This document shows positions 12,501-25,400 of a stretch of 64,000 nt of DNA, piece after piece. Position numbers and translations under genes: made by a program. The notes under the pieces were generated by a model. It was given only the letters and a program-made list of their open reading frames with translations. It ran no database searches and was not told the origin of the DNA. Positions within the stretch are counted from its first letter, which is position 1, and each line of letters starts with the position of its first letter. Origin of the DNA: Lytechinus pictus (Eukaryota); the NCBI RefSeq assembly GCF_037042905.1, contig NC_087252.1, forward strand, positions 62,001 to 126,000, written 5' to 3'.

Positions 12501-13862
12501 GTGCTTTATAATGTAAATCTTTCACAGAATCATTCCTACGAGCTGATGGTGCTTTATAATGTAAATCTTTCACAGAACCATTCCTACGAGCTGATGGTGC
12601 TTTATAATGTAAATCTTTCACAGAATCATTCCTACGAGTTGATGGTGCTTTATAATGTAAATCTTTCACAGAATCATTCCTACGAGCTGATGGTGCTTTA
12701 TAATGTAAATCTTTCACAGAATCATTCCTACGAGCTGATGGTGCTTTATAATGTAAATCTTTCACAGAATCATTCCTACGAGTTGATGGTGCTTTATAAT
12801 GTAAATCTTTCACAGAATCATTCCTACGAGCTGATGGTGCTTTATAATGTAAATCTTTCACAGAATCATTCCTACGAGCTGATGGTGCTTTATACTGTAA
12901 ATCTTTCACAGAATCATTCCTACGAGTTGATGGTGCTTTATAATGTAAATCTTTCACAGAATCATTCCTACGAGTTGATGGTGCTCTATAATGTAAATCT
13001 TTCACAGAACCATTCCTACGAGCGGATGGTGCTTTATAATGTAAATCTTTCACAGAATCATTCCTACGAGCTGATGGTGCTTTATAATGTAAATCTTTCA
13101 CAGAATCATTCCTACGAGTTGATGGTGCTTTATAATGTAAATCTTTCACAGAATCATTCCTACGAGTTGATGGTGCTTTATAATGTAAATCTTTCACAGA
13201 ATCATTCCTACGAGTTGATGGTGCTTTATAATGTAAATCTTTCACAGAATCATTCCTACGAGCTGATGGTGCTTTATAATGTAAATCTTTCACAGAATCA
13301 TTCCTACGAGTTGATGGTGCTTTATAATGTAAATCTTTCACAGAATCATTCCTACGAGTTGATGGTGCTTTATAATGTAAATCTTTCACAGAATCATTCC
13401 TACGAGTTGATGGTGCTTTATAATGTAAATCTTTCACAGAATCATTCCTACGAGTTGATGGTGCTTTATAATGTAAATCTTTCACAGAATCATTCCTACG
13501 AGTTGATGGTGCTTTATAATGTAAATCTTTCACAGAATCATTCCTACGAGTTGATGGTGCTTTATAATGTAAATCTTTCACAGAATCATTCCTACGAGCG
13601 GATGGTGCTTTATAATGTAAATCTTTCACAGAATCATTCCTAAGAGTTGATGGTGCTTTATAATGTAAATCTTTCACAGAATCATTCCTACGAGTTGATG
13701 GTGCTTTATAATGTAAATCTTTCACAGAATCATTCCTAAGAGTTGATGGTGCTTTATAATGTAAATCTTTCACAGAATCATTCCTACGAGTTGATGGTGC
13801 TTTATAATGTAAATCTTTCACAGAATCATTCCTACGGGTTGATGGTGCTCTATAATGTAAAT
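9592..13862. repeat. 48-bp tandem array, 89 copies
   Basis: Unit CTTTCACAGAATCATTCCTACGAG(T/C)TGATGGTGCT(T/C)TATAATGTAAAT. First to last unit offset is 4222 = 88x48 - 2 (a -4 indel at ~10728 and a +2 indel at ~12212). Confidence 0.99.
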
Positions 13863-14023
13863 GTACCTACATGGCAACAAAATCACACATACAAGAAAGA
13901 TAAATTAAAACATTATCTGTGTTCATTTGATCTTCTTTATATATCAAAGATACAAAAATATCAGGAATATGTTCTACACATTCATAATTCATAATAAGGG
14001 CAAAGGCATATTATCCACTAATC

Positions 14024-14185
14024 CAGGGAGTGTTTCATCAACATTTTTGTCCAGACAAGTTGTCAGATCTGACATCTTTCCTTGATTCTGATTGGCTGAG
14101 AAGCACTGTTACTATGGTAACTGTCGGATAAATGGGACTTGTCGGATAAAACGTCCGAAAAGTCCTTTCATGAAACGCCCACCAG
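14024..14185. mobile_element. Short (~160 bp) MITE with GGGAGTGTTTCAT...ATGAAACGCCC ends; similar small CCAAT-containing TIR elements at ~31785-31918, 35440-35668, 37438-37568, 41380-41545, 61003-61152
   Basis: Imperfect terminal inverted repeats visible by eye; central GATTGG/CCAATC motif; no coding capacity. Confidence 0.65.
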
Positions 14186-16297
14186 AACTCTGGTTGAATT
14201 CTAAAGTTGGAATATAACTATGGGTAGCCTACTGTGATGCAAATATTCATATAAAGTTGATCAACTTAAATTGAAACTTCACCCTGACAGAAAGTTTATT
14301 ATAAAAATTGCAGAAAAAATATATTGGTGAAGATTTGAGGAAAATCCATAAAAGTTATTATAATTTGAATTGTTTGATTTGTAACATCATATCCAAACAG
14401 CTTTTCCACTGATCATATGGTAAAAAAAAAATGTCATTTTCTGAGAACAGTTTTTAGTATGCCTTCAATATATCGATAGCCAAATCATTTCACACCAGCT
14501 CCCGAAATAAAACTCTTAGTCATCACAAACCATTAAAATTTGAAATGTATGTATTCATATCATCCAACATATGGGGCAGCTGCTTGTTTTTGATGTCACA
14601 ACTCAAAAAAATTACATTTTAATAACTTTCTTAATCTGATGGATTTTCCTCAAACCTTTACCAATATTTTTCATTACTTTTTCTGCTATTTTTATAAAAA
14701 ATCATTCAATTTGGTTGGCTGAGAGTAAACTTGTTACAAAAATTTTACATTTGTATTTATAGCAAGTGTTCATAAAACAGGACCTAGCTTGCTATGAATA
14801 TATTTCTAACTGCTTCAGACATCAATATGCTTTTGACAGAGGTACAGGTGAATGATGTCCCTCCTGTCCTCTGCCAGATGATAGTCTGCATGCATAGACC
14901 CTGATTGAAAATTTAGTCAACAAGTGTGCCTCCACGTAAAGACTAGCACATACAAAGATGGCCTTCAGTACACTAGGCATGAGTAGGCTGCACTTTCAGA
15001 TCCTTAACTCGAGTAAAGGATCATTACTTACATAACGGTAGATTGTTTCTCACATCTCTGACTAAATTTTAAGAAACAAGCACAGAATCAAAATTATTTT
15101 ATCAAATTCATACCACTCTATTCTTTAGAAGATGCTGTAATTAAAAATACAAACAGAATATAAACATGACAAACAAAAAGTACTTAAACCATCTTTCCTG
15201 TTTCCATTAATAATAACAATGATAATAAAGGGCAACATTTATATAGCACTTAATACAATGTTTTTGAACAAGGCAAGGCATGCTATTAACCTGGCTTTAG
15301 CATGGCTACCCTGATTTGGATTGCTCAAGCATTTACCAGTCTCAAAACCTGCTAATCTAACTTTTTCCCAGCATCACTGTAACTCAAAAACTAATAGGGC
15401 TTCTTGACTTGTCAATTTCATTTCTAGCTTAGCTTTTGGCAGTTCTTTGAAAGAATTCTTCCCCCAGACCGATTGGGCTCTGCATAGCGAGACTCTGACA
15501 TATGGGTGCTTATCTATTATAGGTGTCTTGGATACCAATACCAATAAACTGTTAACTAGAAAAAACTTAATTATGGCAAGAAATAAAAGTCCAGTCATTC
15601 ACATAAATTATAAATTGGCTTCTAACTTGTGGTTTTAACACACTTGACATGTCGGGGAAGGGGGGAGGGGTTAGCTTGAGACTGGAAATAACAACGACAA
15701 CCTTGAAATCACAAATTTCCAAATCACCGAGGGTTCTTATTGGTGAATGGGGATATTATGCATAGACCAGTAGTATTTCTTGGTTCAGCAGATGATATTT
15801 TATACCAGCGCTAAACACAAAGTACCAATAAAGTTTCCAAGGTCAATATCAACATCTGCCTCATTTCAAGTACAGTGTTGTGACTGGTGTTGGTGTTTTC
15901 ACAACACCAGCAAAACAATGTACTTTAAAACACCCACTGTATGGGATCATATAAGAAGTTCATTTAGCTAGACCAACTTTGGCAATGTACTGTAAGGGAC
16001 CATCTAAACAGTTCAATTAGCTGGAACCACAATGTTCAGCAATTCAGTTGAAAATTTGAGCATTTTACATGATCACCTCAGAAGCTCAGTAAGCTGAAAC
16101 CACAATGTTCAGTCAGAGACTCCACCATTGTAAGAGATTAACTAAACAAACTCTTAAATCAGTCCAGTTTTGTCAGGCATCATCTTAACAAGCTGATTTA
16201 GTTGGAACCACAATATTCACAAATTCAACTGGTCATTCCAGCATTGTAAGGGATCATCTAACAAGCTTTGGCAGTATTAATAGTTCATCTGATAAGC

Positions 16298-16411
16298 TCA
16301 ATAAGCTGGCACAACAATGTAAGGTTGGTAAGGGACCATCTTGAGTTTCTCATTACAAGCAAACAGCCATCGTGGTTTGACAAATGTAAGAGATGAGTTG
16401 TCTGATAGAGC
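16298..16411 (-). CDS. XRCC1: XRCC1 exon 14 (last coding exon), end of BRCT2
   Basis: [37 protein letters not shown] (cf. human ALMDNPSLAFVRPRWIYSCNEKQKLLPHQLY); TTTTACAG acceptor. Confidence 0.95.
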   Translation of the reverse strand, partial: ALSDNSSLTFVKPRWLFACNEKLKMVPYQPYIVVPAY

Positions 16412-19400
16412 CTGTAAAAAGGATGCAAAGAAAAGACAGATAATGGTTGTGGATGGAAGGTTAGACATTATCAGAGTGAATAAGGTCTTGTTAAAGTTTA
16501 ACAATTTATATACACAATGACTAAATTTTAATACACAATTTGCTATAGAATGAGCGGGGGGGGGGGGGGGGGAGGGTAAGATACTACTCATACTTTTAAA
16601 TGATAAGGCTATTCATGTTTTTCCAATACCACAAGGGAAGCTGTTATTTTCGCGAGGCTTTTATATTCGTGAATTTTGCAGATAGAACATCACCCGCAAA
16701 TTTAACAACATGCTAAAATTTTATCTTTATAAACACACAACAGGACAAGAGCACATTAGCAATACAGTGCGCGTTCAAAAGGCCTAGGAATACTAGTGAC
16801 ATAAAGGGTTTACAAGAGCACATTTGCTAGCCGAACACAGTGTGTATTCTAAAGGCCTAGGAATACTAGTGACATAAAGGGTTTACAAGAGCACATTTGC
16901 TAGCCGAACACAGTGCGTATTCTAAAGGCCTAGGAATACTAGTGACATAAAGGGTTTACAAGAGCACATTTGCTAGCCGAACACAGTGTGTATTCTAAAG
17001 GCCTAGGAATACTAGTGACATAAAGGGTTTACAAGAGCACATTGGCTAGCCGAACACAGTGTGTATTCTAAAGGCCTAGGAATACTAGTGACATAAAGGG
17101 TTTACAAGAGCACATTTGCTAGCCGAACACAGTGTGTATTCTAAAGGCCTAGGAATACTAGTGACATAAAGGGTTTACAAGAGCACATTTGCTAGCCGAA
17201 CACAGTGTGTATTCTAAAGGCCTAGGAATACTAGTGACAAAGGGTATACGAGAGCACATTTGCTAGCCGAACACAGTGTGTATTCTAAAGGCCTAGGAAT
17301 ACTAGTGACATAAAGGGTTTACAAGAGCACATTTGCTAGCCGAACACAGTGCGTATTCTAAAGGCCTAGGAATACTAGTGACATAAAGGGTTTACAAGAG
17401 CACATTGGCTAGCCGAACACAGTGCGTATTCTAAAGGCCTAGGAATACTAGTGACATAAAGGGTTTACAAGAGCACATTTGCTAGCCGAACACAGCGTGT
17501 ATTCTAAAGGCCTAGGAATACTAGTGACATAAAGGGTTTACAAGAGCACATTGGCTAGCCGAACACAGTGTGTATTCTAAAGGCCTAGGAATACTAGTGA
17601 CATAAAGGGTTTACAAGAGCACATTTGCTAGCCGAACACAGTGTGTATTCTAAAGGCCTAGGAATACTAGTGACATAAAGGGTTTACAAGAACACATTTG
17701 CTAGCCGAACACAGTGCGTATTCTAAAGGCCTAGGAATACTAGTGACATAAAGGGTTTACGAGAGCACATTTGCTAGCCGAACACAGTGTGTATTCTAAA
17801 GGCCTAGGAATACTAGTGACATAAAGGGTTTACGAGAGCACATTTGCTAGCCAAACACAGTGTGTATTCTAAAGGCCTAGGAATACTAGTGACATAAAGG
17901 GTTTACAAGAGCACATTTGCTAGCCGAACACAGTGCGTATTCTAAAGGCCTAGGAATACTAGTGACATAAAGGGTTTACAAGAGCACATTTGCTAGCCGA
18001 ACACAGTGTGTATTCTAAAGGCCTAGGAATACTAGTGACATAAAGGGTTTACAAGAGCACATTGGCTAGCCGAACACAGTGTGTATTCTAAAGGCCTAGG
18101 AATAATAGTGACATAAAGGGTTTACAAGAGCACATTTGCTAGCCGAACACAGTGCGTATTCTAAAGGCCTAGGAATACTAGTGACATAAAGGGTTTACAA
18201 GAGCACATTTGCTAGCCGAACACAGTGCGTATTCTAAAGGCCTAGGAATACTAGTGACATAAAGGGTTTACAAGAGCACATTTGCTAGCCGAACACAGTG
18301 TGTATTCTAAAGGCCTAGGAATACTAGTGACATAAAGGGTTTACGAGAGCACATTTGCTAGCCGAACACAGTGTGTATTCTAAAGGCCTAGGAATACTAG
18401 TGACAAAGGGTTTACGAGAGCACATTGGCTAGCCGAACACAGTGTGTATTCTAAAGGCCTAGGAATACTAGTGACATAAAGGGTTTACAAGAGCACATTT
18501 GCTAGCCGAACACAGTGTGTATTCTAAAGGCCTAGGAATACTAGTGACAAAGGGTTTACAAGAGCACATTGGCTAGCCGAACACAGTGCGTATTCTAAAG
18601 GCCTAGGAATACTAGTGACAAAGGGTTTACGAGAGCACATTTGCTAGCCGAACACAGTGTGTATTCTAAAGGCCTAGGAATACTAGTGACAAAGGGTTTA
18701 CAAGAGCACATTTGCTAGCCGAACACAGTGCGTATTCTAAAGGCCTATGAATACTAGTGACATAAAGGGTTTACGAGAGCACATTTGCTAGCCGAACACA
18801 GTGTGTATTCTAAAGGCCTAGGAATACTAGTGACATAAAGGGTTTACAAGAGCACATTTGCTAGCCGAACACAGTGCGTATTCTAAAGGCCTAGGAATAC
18901 TAGTGACAAAGGGTTTACAAGAGCACATTGGCTAGCCGAACACAGTGCGTATTCTAAAGGCCTAGGAATAATAGTGACAAAGGGTTTACGAGAGCACATT
19001 TGCTAGCCGAACACAGTGTGTATTCTAAAGGCCTAGGAATACTAGTGACAAAGGGTTTACAAGAGCACATTGGCAAGCCGAACACAGTGCGTATTCTAAA
19101 GGCCTAGGAATACTAGTGACATAAAGGGTTTACAAGAGCACATTTGCTAGCCGAACACAGTGTGTATTCTAAAGGCCTAGGAATACTAGTGACATAAAGG
19201 GTTTACAAGAGCACATTTGCTAGCCGAACACAGTGTGTATTCTAAAGGCCTAGGAATACTAGTGACATAAAGGGTTTCCAAGAGCACATTTGCTAGCCGA
19301 ACACAGTGTGTATTCTAAAGGCCTAGGAATACTAGTCACATAAAGGGTTTACAAGAGCACATTTGCTAGCCGAACACAGTGCGTATTCTAAAGGCCTAGG

Positions 19401-22400
19401 AATACTAGTGACATAAAGGGTTTACAAGAGCACATTTGCTAGCCGAACACAGTGCGTATTCTAAAGGCCTAGGAATACTAGTGACATAAAGGGTTTACGA
19501 GAGCACATTTGCTAGCCGAACACAGTGCGTATTCTAAAGGCCTAGGAATACTAGTGACATAAAGGGTTTACGAGAGCACATTTGCTAGCCGAACACAGTG
19601 TGTATTCTAAAGGCCTAGGAATACTAGTGACATAAAGGGTTTACAAGAGCACATTTGCTAGCCGAACACAGTGTGTATTCTAAAGGCCTAGGAATACTAG
19701 TGACATAAAGGGTTTACAAGAGCACCTTGGCTAGCCGAACACAGTGCGTATTCTAAAGGCCTAGGAATACTAGTGACATAAAGGGTTTACAAGAGCACAT
19801 TTGCTAGCCGAACACAGTGTGTATTCTAAAGGCCTAGGAATACTAGTGACATAAAGGGTTTACAAGAGCACATTGGCTAGCCGAACACAGTGCGTATTCT
19901 AAAGGCCTAGGAATACTAGTGACATAAAGGGTTTACAAGAGCACATTGGCTAGCCGAACACAGTGCGTATTCTAAAGGCCTAGGAATACTAGTGACAAAG
20001 GGTTTACGAGAGCACATTTGCTAGCCGAACACAGTGTGTATTCTAAAGGCCTAGGAATACTAGTGACATAAAGGGTTAACAAGAGCACATTTGCTAGCCG
20101 AACACAGTGCGTATTCTAAAGGCCTAGGAATACTAGTGACATAAAGGGTTTACAAGAGCACATTTGCTAGCCGAACACAGTGCGTATTCTAAAGGCCTAG
20201 GAATACTAGTGACATAAAGGGTTTACGAGAGCACATTTGCTAGCCGAACACAGTGTGTATTCTAAAGGCCTAGGAATACTAGTGACATAAAGGGTTTACG
20301 AGAGCACATTTGCTAGCCGAACACAGTGTGTATTCTAAAGGCCTAGGAATACTAGTGACATAAAGGGTTTACAAGAGCACATTTGCTAGCCGAACACAGT
20401 GTGTATTCTAAAGGCCTAGGAATACTAGTGACATAAAGGGTTTACAAGAGCACATTTGCTAGCCGAACACAGTGTGTATTCTAAAGGCCTAGGAATACTA
20501 GTGACATAAAGGGTTTACAAGAGCACATTTGCTAGCCGAACACAGTGTGTATTCTAAAGGCCTAGGAATACAAGTGACAAAGGGTTTACGAGAGCACATT
20601 TGCTAGCCGAACACAGTGTGTATTCTAAAGGCCTAGGAATACTAGTGACATAAAGGGTTTACAAGAGCACATTTGCTAGCCGAACACAGTGCGTATTCTA
20701 AAGGCCTAGGAATACTAGTGACATAAAGGGTTTACAAGAGCACATTGGCTAGCCGAACACAGTGCGTATTCTAAAGGCCTAGGAATACTAGTGACATAAA
20801 GGGTTTACAAGAGCACATTTGCTAGCCGAACACAGCGTGTATTCTAAAGGCCTAGGAATACTAGTGACATAAAGGGTTTACAAGAGCACATTGGCTAGCC
20901 GAACACAGTGCGTATTCTAAAGGCCTAGGAATACTAGTGACATAAAGGGTTTACAAGAGCACATTTGCTAGCCGAACACAGTGTGTATTCTAAAGGCCTA
21001 GGAATACTAGTGACATAAAGGGTTTACAAGAGCACATTTGCTAGCCGAACACAGTGCGTATTCTAAAGGCCTAGGAATACTAGTGACATAAAGGGTTTAC
21101 AAGAGCACATTTGCTAGCCGAACACAGTGCGTATTCTAAAGGCCTAGGAATACTAGTGACATAAAGGGTTTACAAGAGCACATTGGCTAGCCGAACACAG
21201 TGCGTATTCTAAAGGCCTAGGAATACTAGTGACATAAAGGGTTTACAAGAGCACATTTGCTAGCCGAACACAGTGTGTATTCTAAAGGCCTAGGAATACT
21301 AGTGACATAAAGGGTTTACAAGAGCACATTGGCTAGCCGAACACAGTGTGTATTCTAAAGGCCTAGGAATACTAGTGACATAAAGGGTTTACAAGAGCAC
21401 ATTGGCTAGCCGAACACAGTGCGTATTCTAAAGGCCTAGGAATACTAGTGACATAAAGGGTTTACGAGAGCACATTTGCTAGCCGAACACAGTGTGTATT
21501 CTAAAGGCCTAGGAATACTAGTGACATAAAGGGTTTACGAGAGCACATTTGCTAGCCGAACACAGTGTGTATTCTAAAGGCCTAGGAATACTAGTGACAT
21601 AAAGGGTTTACAAGAGCACATTTGCTAGCCGAACACAGTGCGTATTCTAAAGGCCTAGGAATACTAGTGACATAAAGGGTTTACAAGAGCACATTTGCTA
21701 GCCGAACACAGTGTGTATTCTAAAGGCCTAGGAATACTAGTGACATAAAGGGTTTACAAGAGCACATTGGCTAGCCGAACACAGTGTGTATTCTAAAGGC
21801 CTAGGAATACTAGTGACATAAAGGGTTTACAAGAGCACATTTGCTAGCCGAACACAGTGCGTATTCTAAAGGCCTAGGAATACTAGTGACATAAAGGGTT
21901 TACAAGAGCACATTTGCTAGCCGAACACAGTGCGTATTCTAAAGGCCTAGGAATACTAGTGACATAAAGGGTTTACAAGAGCACATTTGCTAGCCGAACA
22001 CAGTGTGTATTCTAAAGGCCTAGGAATACTAGTGACATAAAGGGTTTACGAGAGCACATTTGCTAGCCGAACACAGTGTGTATTCTAAAGGCCTAGGAAT
22101 ACTAGTGACAAAGGGTTTACGAGAGCACATTGGCTAGCCGAACACAGTGTGTATTCTAAAGGCCTAGGAATACTAGTGACATAAAGGGTTTACAAGAGCA
22201 CATTTGCTAGCCGAACACAGTGTGTATTCTAAAGGCCTAGGAATACTAGTGACAAAGGGTTTACAAGAGCACATTGGCTAGCCGAACACAGTGCGTATTC
22301 TAAAGGCCTAGGAATACTAGTGACAAAGGGTTTACGAGAGCACATTTGCTAGCCGAACACAGTGTGTATTCTAAAGGCCTAGGAATACTAGTGACAAAGG

Positions 22401-25400
22401 GTTTACAAGAGCACATTTGCTAGCCGAACACAGTGCGTATTCTAAAGGCCTATGAATACTAGTGACATAAAGGGTTTACGAGAGCACATTTGCTAGCCGA
22501 ACACAGTGTGTATTCTAAAGGCCTAGGAATACTAGTGACATAAAGGGTTTACAAGAGCACATTTGCTAGCCGAACACAGTGCGTATTCTAAAGGCCTAGG
22601 AATACTAGTGACAAAGGGTTTACAAGAGCACATTGGCTAGCCGAACACAGTGCGTATTCTAAAGGCCTAGGAATACTAGTGACAAAGGGTTTACGAGAGC
22701 ACATTTGCTAGCCGAACACAGTGTGTATTCTAAAGGCCTAGGAATACTAGTGACAAAGGGTTTACAAGAGCACATTGGCTAGCCGAACACAGTGCGTATT
22801 CTAAAGGCCTAGGAATACTAGTGACATAAAGGGTTTACAAGAGCACATTTGCTAGCCGAACACAGTGTGTATTCTAAAGGCCTAGGAATACTAGTGACAT
22901 AAAGGGTTTACAAGAGCACATTTGCTAGCCGAACACAGTGTGTATTCTAAAGGCCTAGGAATACTAGTGACATAAAGGGTTTCCAAGAGCACATTTGCTA
23001 GCCGAACACAGTGTGTATTCTAAAGGCCTAGGAATACTAGTCACATAAAGGGTTTACAAGAGCACATTTGCTAGCCGAACACAGTGCGTATTCTAAAGGC
23101 CTAGGAATACTAGTGACATAAAGGGTTTACAAGAGCACATTTGCTAGCCGAACACAGTGCATATTCTAAAGGCCTAGGAATACTAGTGACATAAAGGGTT
23201 TACGAGAGCACATTTGCTAGCCGAACACAGTGCGTATTCTAAAGGCCTAGGAATACTAGTGACATAAAGGGTTTACGAGAGCACATTTGCTAGCCGAACA
23301 CAGTGTGTATTCTAAAGGCCTAGGAATACTAGTGACATAAAGGGTTTACAAGAGCACATTTGCTAGCCGAACACAGTGTGTATTCTAAAGGCCTAGGAAT
23401 ACTAGTGACATAAAGGGTTTACAAGAGCACATTTGCTAGCCGAACACAGTGCGTATTCTAAAGGCCTAGGAATACTAGTGACATAAAGGGTTTACAAGAG
23501 CACATTTGCTAGCCGAACACAGTGTGTATTCTAAAGGCCTAGGAATACTAGTGACATAAAGGGTTTACAAGAGCACATTGGCTAGCCGAACACAGTGCGT
23601 ATTCTAAAGGCCTAGGAATACTAGTGACATAAAGGGTTTACAAGAGCACATTGGCTAGCCGAACACAGTGCGTATTCTAAAGGCCTAGGAATACTAGTGA
23701 CAAAGGGTTTACGAGAGCACATTTGCTAGCCGAACACAGTGTGTATTCTAAAGGCCTAGGAATACTAGTGACATAAAGGGTTAACAAGAGCACATTTGCT
23801 AGCCGAACACAGTGCGTATTCTAAAGGCCTAGGAATACTAGTGACATAAAGGGTTTACAAGAGCACATTTGCTAGCCGAACACAGTGCGTATTCTAAAGG
23901 CCTAGGAATACTAGTGACATAAAGGGTTTACGAGAGCACATTTGCTAGCCGAACACAGTGTGTATTCTAAAGGCCTAGGAATACTAGTGACATAAAGGGT
24001 TTACGAGAGCACATTTGCTAGCCGAACACAGTGTGTATTCTAAAGGCCTAGGAATACTAGTGACATAAAGGGTTTACAAGAGCACATTTGCTAGCCGAAC
24101 ACAGTGTGTATTCTAAAGGCCTAGGAATACTAGTGACATAAAGGGTTTACAAGAGCACATTTGCTAGCCGAACACAGTGCGTATTCTAAAGGCCTAGGAA
24201 TACTAGTGACATAAAGGGTTTACGAGAGCACATTTGCTAGCCGAACACAGTGTGTATTCTAAAGGCCTAGGAATACTAGTGACATAAAGGGTTTACAAGA
24301 GCACATTTGCTAGCCGAACACAATGTGTATTCTAAAGGCCTAGGAATACTAGTGACATAAAGGGTTTACGAGAGCACATTTGCTAGCCGAACACAGTGTG
24401 TATTCTAAAGGCCTAGGAATACTAGTGACATAAAGGGTTTACAAGAGCACATTTGCTAGCCGAACACAGTGCGTATTCTAAAGGCCTAGGAATACTAGTG
24501 ACATAAAGGGTTTACAAGAGCACATTTGCTAGCCGAACACAGTGCGTATTCTAAAGGCCTAGGAATACTAGTGACATAAAGGGTTTACAAGAGCACATTG
24601 GCTAGCCGAACACAGTGCGTATTCTAAAGGCCTAGGAATACTAGTGACATAAAGGGTTTACAAGAGCACATTTGCTAGCCGAACACAGTGCGTATTCTAA
24701 AGGCCTAGGAATACTAGTGACATAAAGGGTTTACAAGAGCACATTTGCTAGCCGAACACAGTGTGTATTCTAAAGGCCTAGGAATACTAGTGACATAAAG
24801 GGTTTACAAGAGCACATTGGCTAGCCGAACACAGTGTGTATTCTAAAGGCCTAGGAATACTAGTGACATAAAGGGTTTACAAGAGCACATTGGCTAGCCG
24901 AACACAGTGCGTATTCTAAAGGCCTAGGAATACTAGTGACATAAAGGGTTTACGAGAGCACATTTGCTAGCCGAACACAGTGTGTATTCTAAAGGCCTAG
25001 GAATACTAGTGACATAAAGGGTTTACGAGAGCACATTTGCTAGCCGAACACAGTGTGTATTCTAAAGGCCTAGGAATACTAGTGACATAAAGGGTTTACA
25101 AGAGCACATTTGCTAGCCGAACACAGTGCGTATTCTAAAGGCCTAGGAATACTAGTGACATAAAGGGTTTACAAGAGCACATTTGCTAGCCGAACACAGT
25201 GTGTATTCTAAAGGCCTAGGAATACTAGTGACATAAAGGGTTTACAAGAGCACATTGGCTAGCCGAACACAGTGTGTATTCTAAAGGCCTAGGAATACTA
25301 GTGACATAAAGGGTTTACAAGAGCACATTTGCTAGCCGAACACAGTGCGTATTCTAAAGGCCTAGGAATACTAGTGACATAAAGGGTTTACAAGAGCACA

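Noticed and set aside
14850..14945. C/D-like ATGATG...CTGA segment
   Set aside because: Imperfect C box; the 3' part matches the reverse complement of ~1245-1305, i.e. a short dispersed repeat.
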